DNA of 64,000 bases, from assembly GCF_036379515.1 (NCBI RefSeq), contig NZ_DASVGN010000036.1, forward strand, positions 3,007 to 67,006, given 5' to 3'. The position numbers were made by a program, and so were the translations under genes. Under the pieces are notes generated by a model. That model was not told where the DNA came from and ran no database searches. It saw nothing but the letters and a program-made list of their open reading frames with translations. Of this stretch, positions 35,987-45,862 are shown piece after piece. Source of the DNA: Castellaniella sp. GTDB lineage: Bacteria > Pseudomonadota > Gammaproteobacteria > Burkholderiales > Burkholderiaceae_B. Every line of letters begins with the position of its first letter. Position 1 is the stretch's first letter.

Positions 35987-37348
35987 TCACAGCCCGCCGT
36001 AGGAGTGCAAGCCCGAAAGGAACATATTCACGCCCAGGAAGGCAAAGCTCGTGACCAACAGGCCCGCCAGCGCCCAATAGGCCGCCATCGAGCCGCGCAG
36101 CCCCTTCATGAGCCGCATGTGCAACCAAGCCGCGTAGTTCAGCCAGACAATGAGTGCCCAGGTTTCTTTAGGGTCCCACTGCCAGTAGGTGCCCCAGGCG
36201 TCGGCCGCCCACAGGGCTCCAAGGATGGTAGCCACCGTAAAGAACGCAAAGCCCACGGCAATGGCCCGGTACATGATGTCGTCGAGGACTTCAAGTGACG
36301 GCAGCCGGGCCGCAATCGGGGCCCGCATCGCGAGAATACCGCCTACGATCAGTGCGCCAATGCCAAAGTATCCCATCCAGACGGGAGACAGTTCGGGTGA
36401 GCTGAAAATGAACGGCTCGGCACACAAGGCCGCACCCAGCACAAAGACAGGAAGGACGGGCTTCACGCTGCGCGTCTGGCCATGCGCCTTGATCAAGTAG
36501 GCAAAGCCCGTCATGGCGGCAAGGCTGAAGGTGCCATAGCCGATGAAGTTGGCAGGCACGTGTAATTTCATCCACCAGCTTTTGAGGGCCGGCACCAGTG
36601 GCGCAATCTGGTAGGCGTCGCGGGTAAATGAATACCACAGCAGGAACACGACCAACGAGGTGACCACCAGCATGGCGAATCCGCCCAAGGCGCGGGTGGC
36701 ATAGCGCCGCTCGTAGTACAGATAGAAGAGCGACATAATGAGCGCCAGCAGCACGAAAACCTCGTAGAGATTGCTGACGGGAATATGCCCGATATCAGGC
36801 CCCAGCAGATGGCCTTCGCGCCACCGCACCAGCAGGCCCGTCAGGCCAGCGTACACCGCCCCCCACGTCAGCACCGTACCCAGCCAGGCTGCCGTGTCGC
36901 TGACAAAGCCGATCCAGTAGCAGATCATTGCGATGAAGAACAGCGCACACATCCAGAGAATGGCAGACTGCGACGAAATAAGGTACTTCAGCAGAAAATT
37001 GGTATCGGCCCGAGTAAGGTCGCCCTGCATGAACGAACCGGTGGGGCTGTAGAGCCAGATCGCCAGCAAGGCAGTCAGGCCGCTGGCAATCATGAGTGTG
37101 CGGATGGGTCGCCACAGCCAGCCCAGCCAGCTGAACACCACAACCGCACCCACAAGAATCATTTTCTCGTAGTAACTCATGAAGCTGCCATACTGCGTGA
37201 GCACATAAGCGCCCCCCACCGCAAGCAGCAGGAAGAAACCTATGTCTGTCCAGTCGGGTCGTCCTCGTCGGCCGCGCTTATCGCCGCTGGTATTGACCCC
37301 CAACGCCCACAGCGTCATGGAATCTTGCGTCATGGTGTCAGACGTCAT
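35987..37348 (-). CDS. ccsA: Cytochrome c biogenesis protein CcsA/ResC (System II)
   Basis: Polytopic membrane protein with the Trp-rich heme-handling motif WGTYWQWDPKETWALIVWL. The start is ATG 37348 or ATG 37333, next to the resB stop. Confidence 0.85.
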   Translation of the reverse strand: MTSDTMTQDSMTLWALGVNTSGDKRGRRGRPDWTDIGFFLLLAVGGAYVLTQYGSFMSYYEKMILVGAVVVFSWLGWLWRPIRTLMIASGLTALLAIWLYSPTGSFMQGDLTRADTNFLLKYLISSQSAILWMCALFFIAMICYWIGFVSDTAAWLGTVLTWGAVYAGLTGLLVRWREGHLLGPDIGHIPVSNLYEVFVLLALIMSLFYLYYERRYATRALGGFAMLVVTSLVVFLLWYSFTRDAYQIAPLVPALKSWWMKLHVPANFIGYGTFSLAAMTGFAYLIKAHGQTRSVKPVLPVFVLGAALCAEPFIFSSPELSPVWMGYFGIGALIVGGILAMRAPIAARLPSLEVLDDIMYRAIAVGFAFFTVATILGALWAADAWGTYWQWDPKETWALIVWLNYAAWLHMRLMKGLRGSMAAYWALAGLLVTSFAFLGVNMFLSGLHSYGGL

Positions 37349-39386
37349 GGTCGGAGCCTCCGGCGGACAGGCGACGCAAAGCCTCGCGCAGCCGCTCAAA
37401 TTCGTGATTGAAATCCAGGGTGCGGCGCTGCGTCGTCATCGCAGCCAGCCAGTTGCTGCCACGATTTGAAGGCCGGATCCACACCCATATCCGGCGTTCG
37501 CGAATGTAAAACATCGAAAACACGCCCAAGATCAGCAACAAACAGCCAATGTAGACCGTGGTCTTTCCAGGACTGCGGGCAATCTGGAAGACACTTGCTT
37601 GAACCTGATCAAAGCTCGAGAGCTGCAGCGCCACAGACGCGGGATAGTCTGGAAGCGAAGCCAGCGCCAGCACGGCCGACTGCATCCATTGAGACTCGTG
37701 TTCACCCTGGGCTCCGCCACGCGCCACCGGAGGCTCGTGATTGCGCTCGTGCACCAAGTCACGCAGTTCGACCAGGCTCAACTGGATCATGGGCACCGCA
37801 AAATTGAGGATCTTCTCGCGTTCAGCGGCAGGGGCCGAATTGATGATGCCGTTGAACCCCCCGCGCGAGAACGTGCGCAGAGCACCCCGCGCCGCCTGAT
37901 ACATGAGATTCTGCTGCTGGCCAGGCGCGGCGTTGTGATCAGCAAAGCGACGGGCAGCCTCGTCCCGCAACGCGGGGTCATCCAGGGCAGCGCGCAGCTG
38001 CATGAATTCGGTGAGCCCACCCTGATCGTCGGCCGGGATGCGTAAATAGCGGTACGGCTTCGAGGCGTTGTCCCGCGTGCCCATGAGGAACACCGGAAAG
38101 CCGTTGAGATTGACGGGCAGCATATACTGATCGAAGTCATGCCCCTGACCATCGCGGCCAAGTACACGGTATTGCACGCTGGGGCCTACATTGTGCAGAC
38201 CCTTGTTGGGCGCACGCACTGCACTACCGGTGACGGCGGCGACTTCACGCACCACGCCCTTAGGCTGCGGTAACTTGTTCGCCTCAAGGTTCTCAACATT
38301 GATGACGCGCAAACCGGTGAAGTTCACCGCAAGGCCACTGCCTGGCACCTTGCTGGCCTGTCCCACTGTCCCGTCCACGTTCGTCGGCTGAAACTGAGTG
38401 CCCTGCAGTGGCCAGGCCTTCAGTTGCAGCTTGCTGCCGCCGTCGTCGAAGCTGGACTGATAGACCGTCACGCCATCGTAACGCAGGGGGTCGTTCACCA
38501 GAATCGTGCGATCAAACGACTTGCCACTGGCCAAATCGGTGACCGTGACGTCACTGCGGAAGTCGCTGGGCTGGCCGTTGCTGTAATAATCGATATGGAA
38601 TTTTTTGAGGTGAAGGGTAAACGGCAGCGGCTGCAGCAACACGCCCCGGCCCTCGGTCACAATGCCCATGCTGCTCTGCTGGCCGTCAGGCAGCAGCATG
38701 TTCGCGCGGAAACTGGGGTTGCGCGCCGATAAGCGCCCAGACGGCGGCACATCCGAAATCAGCATATTGCCGACCACGGGCTGCTTGTCGAGTAGCCAAG
38801 TCTGCAGGCGCACGGGCAGCTCGCTATCCATGAGCCCCCCCAACAGAATCACCACGATGGCCGTGTGCGCGAAGATATATCCAAGCCGGTTTGCACTGCC
38901 CTTTTTTGCCGCGACCATTAAGCTATCGCCGTCTTCACGCACACGGTAACGATAACCCTGCGCCCGCAGAAGCCCGCCTACGGTTTCACAGGCCTGCGCA
39001 GGCGCCAAGGCGCTATCCAGCTCGACACGATGATGGAACGCCCGGAGACTGCTGCCACGAACGTATTCCCGGAACGAGCGTGCATCCCGCAACATCTTGG
39101 GCGCATTGCGAAAGATGCACAGCGTCGTGGACACCACCAGAAACGCCATAACGAGCAGAAACCACCGGCTGTTGTAGATCTGCCAGATGGAAAATTCGCT
39201 GAAGACCGCGTACCAGAAGGGACCGAACTGGTCGATGTAGGTATTGGCCGCCTGATTCTGCTGGACGATGGTGCCGATGAGGCTCGCCACGCAGATGAAG
39301 ACCAGCAGACTGATGGCAAAGCGCATTGAGCCCAGCAGTTCCACCACGTCTGCGCCAAGCGCGCGAAAACGGGAAAGTGGCGTCAT
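37338..39386 (-). CDS. resB: Cytochrome c biogenesis protein ResB/Ccs1 (System II)
   Basis: The N-terminus LGSMRFAISLLVFICVASLIGTIVQQNQ is typical of ResB. There is a large periplasmic loop and a C-terminal TM segment. Confidence 0.85.
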   Translation of the reverse strand: MTPLSRFRALGADVVELLGSMRFAISLLVFICVASLIGTIVQQNQAANTYIDQFGPFWYAVFSEFSIWQIYNSRWFLLVMAFLVVSTTLCIFRNAPKMLRDARSFREYVRGSSLRAFHHRVELDSALAPAQACETVGGLLRAQGYRYRVREDGDSLMVAAKKGSANRLGYIFAHTAIVVILLGGLMDSELPVRLQTWLLDKQPVVGNMLISDVPPSGRLSARNPSFRANMLLPDGQQSSMGIVTEGRGVLLQPLPFTLHLKKFHIDYYSNGQPSDFRSDVTVTDLASGKSFDRTILVNDPLRYDGVTVYQSSFDDGGSKLQLKAWPLQGTQFQPTNVDGTVGQASKVPGSGLAVNFTGLRVINVENLEANKLPQPKGVVREVAAVTGSAVRAPNKGLHNVGPSVQYRVLGRDGQGHDFDQYMLPVNLNGFPVFLMGTRDNASKPYRYLRIPADDQGGLTEFMQLRAALDDPALRDEAARRFADHNAAPGQQQNLMYQAARGALRTFSRGGFNGIINSAPAAEREKILNFAVPMIQLSLVELRDLVHERNHEPPVARGGAQGEHESQWMQSAVLALASLPDYPASVALQLSSFDQVQASVFQIARSPGKTTVYIGCLLLILGVFSMFYIRERRIWVWIRPSNRGSNWLAAMTTQRRTLDFNHEFERLREALRRLSAGGSDHDV

Positions 39387-39739
39387 AACATCCTGGTTCT
39401 AAAAAAAAAGAGGTCCACTTGCGCGGGCCCCTTAATAGAATTTTTTAATGATCAACTCTACAGCGAGCCGGCACCCAGTCCCACAAAAATCCTAGGCACC
39501 ACATGGAAATCTAGTACGAACCCACTGTGCAGCCCGCGACAACTGCCAGATCCAAGCCCGTCACGCGGCCCGCAATCGTGTGCACAGTGCTGCTCTTGCG
39601 ATCACCTGCGCGAAGCAGCTCAAGCGGTTTCAAAACGTACCGCTAATTGCCGTCACGATGAAGGACACGAACTTTTACGGCATTGATAATAGTGCAAAGA
39701 AGACCGAATCCGAGGGCGCCTGGCATCAAAACGCCTCAG

Positions 39740-39755
39740 ATTACAAAAATGTAAT
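39740..39755. promoter_or_regulatory. Palindrome ATTACAAAAATGTAAT upstream of copA (candidate cop box)
   Basis: Lies about 130 nt upstream of the copA start and is near-identical to the 33354-33369 palindrome. Confidence 0.45.
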
Positions 39756-39887
39756 TCAGCCGTCATCTAACCGACAACCACCCCTGCGTAAAGTGTGGGA
39801 CGCCGTGCTTGGACAGATTAAATCCAACCGAATAAATCCAGCCGGCGAACAGAGTTACTCGAATAATTCATTACAGGATTCTCTCGC

Positions 39888-41777
39888 GTGAAACGTCCAC
39901 CTACGCTTGCTGTCCCCTTCCCCACTCTGCCTCGCCGCCGCTTTGTCCAGGGACTTGTAGCGGGCGGTGTGCTGCTGGGCCTATCACCTCTCACCCGGGC
40001 AGCCGCGCTGCGCTCGAATGAGACGAGCAGTGGTTCGGCACCGATACTCAAAGGCACCGAATTCAACCTGGAAATCAGCGAGTCGCCGGTGAACTTCACC
40101 GGACGCCCACGCACCGCCACCACAGTCAACGGATCGCTACCGGCGCCCACGCTGCGCTGGCGCGAGGGCGACACAGTGACCATTCGTGTTCGGAACCGCC
40201 TGAAAGAAGCCACATCGATTCATTGGCACGGGATCATTCTGCCTTTTCAAATGGATGGCGTGCCGGGCATCAGCTTTGCGGGGATCCCACCAGGTGCGAC
40301 GTTCACCTACCGGTTCGAGGTGCAGCAAAGCGGCACATACTGGTATCACTCGCACTCGGGCATGCAGGAGGCAACGGGCGTCTATGGCGCAATCATCATT
40401 GACCCCGCTCAAGCCGACCCAATTCGCGCAGATCGCGAGTATGTCGTCCAAATTTCAGATTGGACCGACACAGATCCGATGCGAGTGCTCGCCAATCTCA
40501 AAACTCAGGGCGACTACTACAACTACAACCAACCCACCGCCGTGGACTTCTTTCGTGACGTGTCCCACACGAGCCTGAAGGCGGCGGTGGACAAGCGCAA
40601 GATGTGGAACGAGATGCGCATGAGTCCCACGGACCTGGCCGACTTGTCCGCAAACGTGCTGACCTACCTGATGAACGGCACAACGCCTGCGGGCAACTGG
40701 ACGGGGCTCTTTCGGCCCGGAGAGCGGGTGCGGCTACGCTTTATCAACGGTGCGGCCAACACCTTCTATGATGTGCGCATCCCGGGCCTTGGCCTAACTG
40801 TGGTGCAGGCCGATGGTGTGAACGTGGAGCCGGTGACGGTCGACGAGTTCCGCTTCGGTCCGGGAGAAACCTACGACGTACTGGTGCAGCCCAAGGACGA
40901 CGCGTACACCGTTTTTGCCCAGGCCATGGATCGCACCGGATATGCGCGTGGGACACTTGCCACACACGCCGGCCTCAAAGCACCCGTGCCTGCGCTCGAT
41001 CCTGCGGAATGGCTCACCATGGCCGACATGATGGGTGCGATGGGCGGGGGCATGGCGGGGATGAACCATGGGGCAGCTGGCCAACCTTCCATGAGCGGCA
41101 TGAACCATGACGGTATGGCCGCGATGGGCGGCAATATGGCCGAGATGAATCATGGCAGCATGCCCGGCATGCAGGGCATGAATCACGCAGGTATGGCAGG
41201 TATGGCCGGAATGGCTGGTATGGACCATGGCGCGATGCCTGCGGCAGGTGCAAGCACGCAGGTCCGCCATGCGAAGACCGAATACGGCGCAAGTACCGAC
41301 ATGCACGTGGATATGCCACGTACCAACCTGGACGATCCCGGAATCGGGCTACGCAATAACGGGCGGCGGGTGCTTACACTGTCCGACCTGCACACCGTGG
41401 ACGGTCCGCTGGACCCGCGTGGTGCCGAGCGTGAGGTCGAGCTCCATCTAACCGGGAACATGGAACGCTACGCCTGGTCATTTGACGGCGTGGAGTACGG
41501 AAAATCGACGCCAGTTCACTTCCGTTACGGCGAGCGGGTCAGAGTCATCCTGCACAACGACACCATGATGACGCACCCTATGCACCTGCACGGCATGTGG
41601 AGTGAGCTGGAAGCGCCCGACGGGCAGTTCCAGGCCCGACGCCACACGATTCCCGTACAACCGGCACAGCGCATCAGCTTTTTAGTCACCGCCGACGCGC
41701 TGGGACGCTGGGCATGGCACTGCCATCTGATGCTGCACATGGATGCGGGAATGTTTCGCGAAGTGGTGGTGGCATGA
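39888..41777 (+). CDS. copA: Copper-resistance multicopper oxidase CopA/PcoA
   Basis: Tat signal RRRFVQGLVAGG; motifs HWHGIILP, YWYHSHSG, HPMHLHG and WHCHLMLHMDAGM; Met/Gly/His-rich repeats (MNHG x several). Confidence 0.9.
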   Translation: MKRPPTLAVPFPTLPRRRFVQGLVAGGVLLGLSPLTRAAALRSNETSSGSAPILKGTEFNLEISESPVNFTGRPRTATTVNGSLPAPTLRWREGDTVTIRVRNRLKEATSIHWHGIILPFQMDGVPGISFAGIPPGATFTYRFEVQQSGTYWYHSHSGMQEATGVYGAIIIDPAQADPIRADREYVVQISDWTDTDPMRVLANLKTQGDYYNYNQPTAVDFFRDVSHTSLKAAVDKRKMWNEMRMSPTDLADLSANVLTYLMNGTTPAGNWTGLFRPGERVRLRFINGAANTFYDVRIPGLGLTVVQADGVNVEPVTVDEFRFGPGETYDVLVQPKDDAYTVFAQAMDRTGYARGTLATHAGLKAPVPALDPAEWLTMADMMGAMGGGMAGMNHGAAGQPSMSGMNHDGMAAMGGNMAEMNHGSMPGMQGMNHAGMAGMAGMAGMDHGAMPAAGASTQVRHAKTEYGASTDMHVDMPRTNLDDPGIGLRNNGRRVLTLSDLHTVDGPLDPRGAEREVELHLTGNMERYAWSFDGVEYGKSTPVHFRYGERVRVILHNDTMMTHPMHLHGMWSELEAPDGQFQARRHTIPVQPAQRISFLVTADALGRWAWHCHLMLHMDAGMFREVVVA

Positions 41778-42877
41778 AGAGCACAAACAACCCGTCAGGT
41801 ACCCACGCCATGAGCCACCCATTGAAGAAAAAACTCTTCGCCGCCGCCATCGTCACTGCCGGTGCTATGCCCATGTTTGCCTATGCGCAGGCATCTATGG
41901 ACCACGGTTCGATGGACATGTCCAACATGGACCATGGGGCAGGTACGGCGCAAGCGAAAGATCATGGCGCCACCCAACCATCTCAGAAGCAAACCAGCCC
42001 AGGCAAGGCGATGCCTGCCATGCAGGGCATGACGCACGACACCTCCCCTGCCACTGTGCCAGCATCTGCCCACAATATGGGTGCGATGAGCCAGGGCGGT
42101 GGCGAAATGGATCACGGCGCTATGCAGATGCAAGGTGGTTCGGCGCCACCCGATGCCCGCGATCCCAATGGCTACTCTGACGGTTACGTGCGTAACGCAG
42201 GCAAATATGCGCTGCCGCCTTCGGAGGCACTGGTCATGTCGGACATGCACAACTTCGGCTCAGTCACCTTCGACCGGCTGGAGTATGTCAGAGCCAGAGG
42301 CAACGAGTGGGCGGCCTATGAAGGCGAAGCCTGGTATGGCGGCACCTATAACCGGGCAGCGCTGAAGGCCGAAGGCGAGGTCGCAAGCGGCAAGCTGCGA
42401 GAATCGAAGACGCAACTGCTCTGGCGTCACGCGGTCGCCACCTTCTGGGATACGGAACTAGGGGTTCGCTTTGACCACGGGCAAGGGGAGCCGAACCGGA
42501 AATGGCTGGCGTTTGGCTTCAAGGGGCTTGCGCCCTACTGGTTTGACGTGGACGCCACCGCCTACGTCGGTCCGAGCGGGCGCACCGCACTGTGGCTAAA
42601 GGCCAGCTACGACATCTTGCTAACCCAGAAACTCTACCTTCAGCCGAGTGTGGAAGCCAACGTCTACGGCAAGGACGACGAGCGCAGGGGTATCGGCAGT
42701 GGCGTGAGCGACGGAACAGCGGGCTTGCGCCTGAAATACGAAGTCACGCGCCAGTTCGTTCCTTATGTCGGCGTTGAATGGTCCGGAAAGTTTGGAAAGA
42801 CGGCGGACTATGCAAGGGCGGAAGGCGAGCCCAAGCAGGAAACCCGGTTCGTAGCCGGTTTGAGTTTCCGCTTCTGA
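41774..42877 (+). CDS. copB: Copper-resistance outer-membrane protein CopB/PcoB
   Basis: ATGA overlap with the copA stop. Signal peptide, a Met/His-rich N-terminal region, and a C-terminal beta-barrel ending ...RFVAGLSFRF. Confidence 0.9.
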   Translation: MKSTNNPSGTHAMSHPLKKKLFAAAIVTAGAMPMFAYAQASMDHGSMDMSNMDHGAGTAQAKDHGATQPSQKQTSPGKAMPAMQGMTHDTSPATVPASAHNMGAMSQGGGEMDHGAMQMQGGSAPPDARDPNGYSDGYVRNAGKYALPPSEALVMSDMHNFGSVTFDRLEYVRARGNEWAAYEGEAWYGGTYNRAALKAEGEVASGKLRESKTQLLWRHAVATFWDTELGVRFDHGQGEPNRKWLAFGFKGLAPYWFDVDATAYVGPSGRTALWLKASYDILLTQKLYLQPSVEANVYGKDDERRGIGSGVSDGTAGLRLKYEVTRQFVPYVGVEWSGKFGKTADYARAEGEPKQETRFVAGLSFRF

Positions 42878-42942
42878 TTTTGCGTTTTTACGTAGGCGAG
42901 TTTAACCAGTCGCCTCATCCAACCCACTCCAAGAGAGTATTC

Positions 42943-43455
42943 ATGATGAAAAAGACCTTATCCATCCTCGCCCTGAGCATACTGCCCGCACTTTCGCTGG
43001 CAGCCGGCAGTCACACCGGCGGACATGCAGCGCCAGAACACGGCATGCCGGGCCACGACATGTCCACCATGACTAAAGCAGCCTCGCCCATTGGCCAGCC
43101 TGGCGATTCTGCCAAAGTCACGCGTACGATTGAGCTCACGATGGATGACTCCATGCGGTTTACGCCAAGCGATATTCAGGTCAAGGCTGGCGAGACCGTC
43201 CGCTTCTTTATCAAGAACAAGGGGAAAATTGCCCATGAGATGGTGATCGGTTCCATAGCAGACCTGAAAGCGCACGCAACCCAAATGCAAAAAATGCCAG
43301 GCATGCAGCATGCCGAACCTAATATGATCACCCTTGGCCCGGGCAAGCGCGGCGGTCTGGTGTGGCAGTTCGACCAGGCCGGCACCGTTGACTTCGCCTG
43401 CCTCGCTCCCGGTCACATGGAGGCAGGAATGGTCGGCAAGGTGAAGGTCAGCTAA
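42943..43455 (+). CDS. Cupredoxin-family periplasmic copper protein (CopI-like)
   Basis: Signal peptide, a His/Met-rich linker, and type-1 copper ligand pattern ...HEMV...CLAPGHMEAGM. Confidence 0.75.
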   Translation: MMKKTLSILALSILPALSLAAGSHTGGHAAPEHGMPGHDMSTMTKAASPIGQPGDSAKVTRTIELTMDDSMRFTPSDIQVKAGETVRFFIKNKGKIAHEMVIGSIADLKAHATQMQKMPGMQHAEPNMITLGPGKRGGLVWQFDQAGTVDFACLAPGHMEAGMVGKVKVS

Positions 43456-43469
43456 TTCGCTATACAGAG

Positions 43470-43943
43470 ATGCCAAAGAAAATATTGATCTTTGGGACGA
43501 TCGGCGCCGTCGCAATCGGTGCCGTCGCTGCGCTATACAGCCTGACGCAGCCGTCTGGCCCCATATTCATCGAACCAACCAACCGGGCACTTGTCGTGCA
43601 GGGTAAGGCCATCTACGCGAATAATTGCGCGGCCTGCCACGGTGCATCACTTCAAGGGCAACCCAACTGGCGCGAACGCCTGCCTAACGGCAGGCTACCT
43701 GCGCCACCGCACGACAAGACAGGTCACACCTGGCACCATCCCGACGCGATCTTGACCGACATCGTCAAAAACGGCCTAGTTCCAGGAAGGACAGCACCTC
43801 CAGGATATGAGAGCGATATGCCAGCGTTTGGCAAGTCTCTATCCGATGAGGAGATCACAGCCGTACTCGCGTACATCAAGAGCACCTGGCCTTCCAAGGT
43901 ATTGCAGTTGCAAAAGGAGGTTGACCTGCAGCAAAGAAAATGA
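43470..43943 (+). CDS. Membrane-anchored c-type cytochrome
   Basis: N-terminal TM segment, heme-binding CAACHG, and a distal Met (DMPAFG). Confidence 0.8.
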   Translation: MPKKILIFGTIGAVAIGAVAALYSLTQPSGPIFIEPTNRALVVQGKAIYANNCAACHGASLQGQPNWRERLPNGRLPAPPHDKTGHTWHHPDAILTDIVKNGLVPGRTAPPGYESDMPAFGKSLSDEEITAVLAYIKSTWPSKVLQLQKEVDLQQRK

Positions 43944-44376
43944 ACTGTTTGGCCGCCGTTATCATTTTGATTTTGTATTGTCCAACTGCTAGCCATCCTT
44001 TCATAATTCCACCATCAATATGTGGAAGACGCAGCGGTGTATATCCTATTTCGGGGACTCCAGCATAAGCCGCATTATCCGGTACCATCAAGCTCCCGGA
44101 AACCAGCATAAAACCTCGGAAGTTGTCGAGCGAATGCCGCTTAAGAGTACCGTGAGCTTCTGGATCTTAGTATTGGGCAAAGGTTGAATTCTGATCGAGG
44201 CTGCAGCAGCAAGGCTCAAAAATATTCAGTGCTTATTCCGCATGTCGACTACGACAACCGAGCAGCACCAATGATTGCACTGAAGATGCACAAGACCGGG
44301 TGCTCTGCAAAAACCGAATGGAACCAAGCACCCGCGCCACGGTCAAACCCCGTTCATTCCACACGGAGATTGGCCC

Positions 44377-44637
44377 ATGAAATGCCCAGTATGTCAGGAC
44401 ACGGATCTCGCCATGTCCTCGCGCCAGAACATCGAAATCGACTACTGCCCAAAATGCCGCGGCGTCTGGCTTGATCGCGGTGAGCTCGACAAGCTGATCG
44501 AACGCAGTACCGAAGAAGCTGCCGCCCAGACACGCACGACAGCACCGCAAACACATCCCCGGCAGCACCACGACGATTCGCGCGGATACGACAGCCGACG
44601 CAAACACAAGTCATTCTGGCACGAGATTTTTGACTGA
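44377..44637 (+). CDS. TFIIB-type zinc-ribbon domain protein
   Basis: MKCPVCQ...DYCPKCRGVWLDRGELDKL followed by a basic, His-rich tail. Confidence 0.7.
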   Translation: MKCPVCQDTDLAMSSRQNIEIDYCPKCRGVWLDRGELDKLIERSTEEAAAQTRTTAPQTHPRQHHDDSRGYDSRRKHKSFWHEIFD

Positions 44638-44649
44638 CTCGTTTATAAT

Positions 44650-44828
44650 TGTGCAGCAACAAGGGGAGTAGCTTACTTCCGAGGCGTCGTCAATACGGTC
44701 TCCTGTCTCTGGCAGGAATCCGGCGCCCGGGCAGCGATACGCTGCAAGCCAGGCCTTGCCTGTCAGGGCAAGGCACGTCCACTCTCCGCAACTGGCCTGA
44801 CCCTTGAATGGTCCAGGCCTTTTGTTTT
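44650..44828 (+). ncRNA. yybP-ykoY (Mn2+) riboswitch candidate with terminator-like expression platform
   Basis: The hallmark GGGGAGTAG occurs at 44663-44671. GC-rich helices follow (e.g. GCCTTGCC/GGCAAGGC). A hairpin GGCCTG...CAGGCC plus TTTTGTTTT lies at 44794-44828. The element sits upstream of a TerC gene, a classic context for this riboswitch. Confidence 0.6.
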
Positions 44829-44927
44829 CGTGCCAAAGGCACACACCGGAAGCGGGTTGCACGGCACGAAGCGACAGCCGCGGACCAAGACAAGGTTTTC
44901 CGACCACACCTGCATCCGGAGAAACGA

Positions 44928-45653
44928 ATGCTCGAATTCTTTCAAACGCTCAGTTGGGCCGCCGTCTTCCAGATCATCCTGATCGACATTCTGCTAGGCG
45001 GCGATAACGCGATCGTCATCGCACTGGCCTGTCGCAATCTGCAACCCCGACAACGCCTGCAGGGCATCCTGTGGGGCACGGTCGGCGCCATCGGACTGCG
45101 CGTCGTACTCATTGCCTTTGCGCTGACACTGCTGAGCATCCCATTTCTAAAGGTCGCAGGCGCGCTGCTACTGCTGTGGATCGGCGTGAAATTGCTGCTC
45201 CCGGATCCGGGAGCACACGACAAGGTTGCAGGAGGAGCGTCGATTCTGGCTGCTGTGAAGACCATCCTCGTCGCGGACGTGGTGATGAGTCTAGACAACG
45301 TCATCGCAATCGCTGGCGCCGCGCAGAGTGCGCATGCCGACCACCAGATCGGGCTGGTCGTCTTCGGGCTGCTCGCGAGCGTCCCCATCATCATCTGGGG
45401 CAGCACCCTGGTGCTCAAACTCATCGACCGCTATCCGCCGGTCGTGACCTTCGGAGCCGGGCTACTTGGCTGGATTGCGGGCGGCATGCTGGTGACCGAC
45501 GTCTTTATCGTCAAATACCTGGGCGAACCCACCACAGCAGTGAAGCTCGCGGCGGAAGTCGCAGGCGCGCTGCTTGTTGTCGGCGTCGGTCGCTACCTCG
45601 CAGGTCGGCGTGGAGCATCCAGGAAGGCGGGAGCGGGTTCCGCAGGGACGTAG
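44928..45653 (+). CDS. TerC-family integral membrane protein
   Basis: ATG 44928 with GGAGA RBS. ILIDILLGGDNAIVIALA and VVMSLDNVIAIAGAA are the duplicated TerC signature. Confidence 0.85.
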   Translation: MLEFFQTLSWAAVFQIILIDILLGGDNAIVIALACRNLQPRQRLQGILWGTVGAIGLRVVLIAFALTLLSIPFLKVAGALLLLWIGVKLLLPDPGAHDKVAGGASILAAVKTILVADVVMSLDNVIAIAGAAQSAHADHQIGLVVFGLLASVPIIIWGSTLVLKLIDRYPPVVTFGAGLLGWIAGGMLVTDVFIVKYLGEPTTAVKLAAEVAGALLVVGVGRYLAGRRGASRKAGAGSAGT

Positions 45654-45684
45654 ACGCACGACACAAAACCTGTAGAATCCCGCC

Positions 45685-45855
45685 TTACCGTCATAGGGGA
45701 GTAGCCGCGCTTTCTTCAAAGCGGCTTGCGTCAACATACTTGGCCGACAGGTCATGGCGCAAGCGGTTCTCGAACTTGGCAAGACCTTTGACTACGATGC
45801 TTCCGGTTGGGCCGGAGGGCGTCGCAGTCGAATGTCTGTCATCCGGCCCGGGAAC
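45685..45855 (+). ncRNA. Second yybP-ykoY (Mn2+) riboswitch candidate
   Basis: GGGGAGTAG at 45696-45704, hairpin CCGCGCTTT...AAAGCGG, GCTTGCG...CGCAAGC enclosing TTGGCCGACAGG, and then CTTGGCAAGACC. It lies directly upstream of a GDT1/UPF0016 gene. Confidence 0.6.
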
Positions 45856-45862
45856 CTGTCTC

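Noticed and set aside
43876-44109. 77-aa minus-strand ORF in the gap after the cytochrome c gene
   Set aside because: The sequence looks protein-like but is probably a fragment. There is no credible start or RBS, and the track ORF runs into the cytochrome c gene 3' end. I noted it as a possible remnant only.
45071-45862. The 5' 264 codons of the 456-aa track ORF 45071-46441
   Set aside because: This part overlaps the TerC gene out of frame and then crosses the riboswitch-like leader. Only the segment from ATG 45863 encodes the GDT1/UPF0016 protein.
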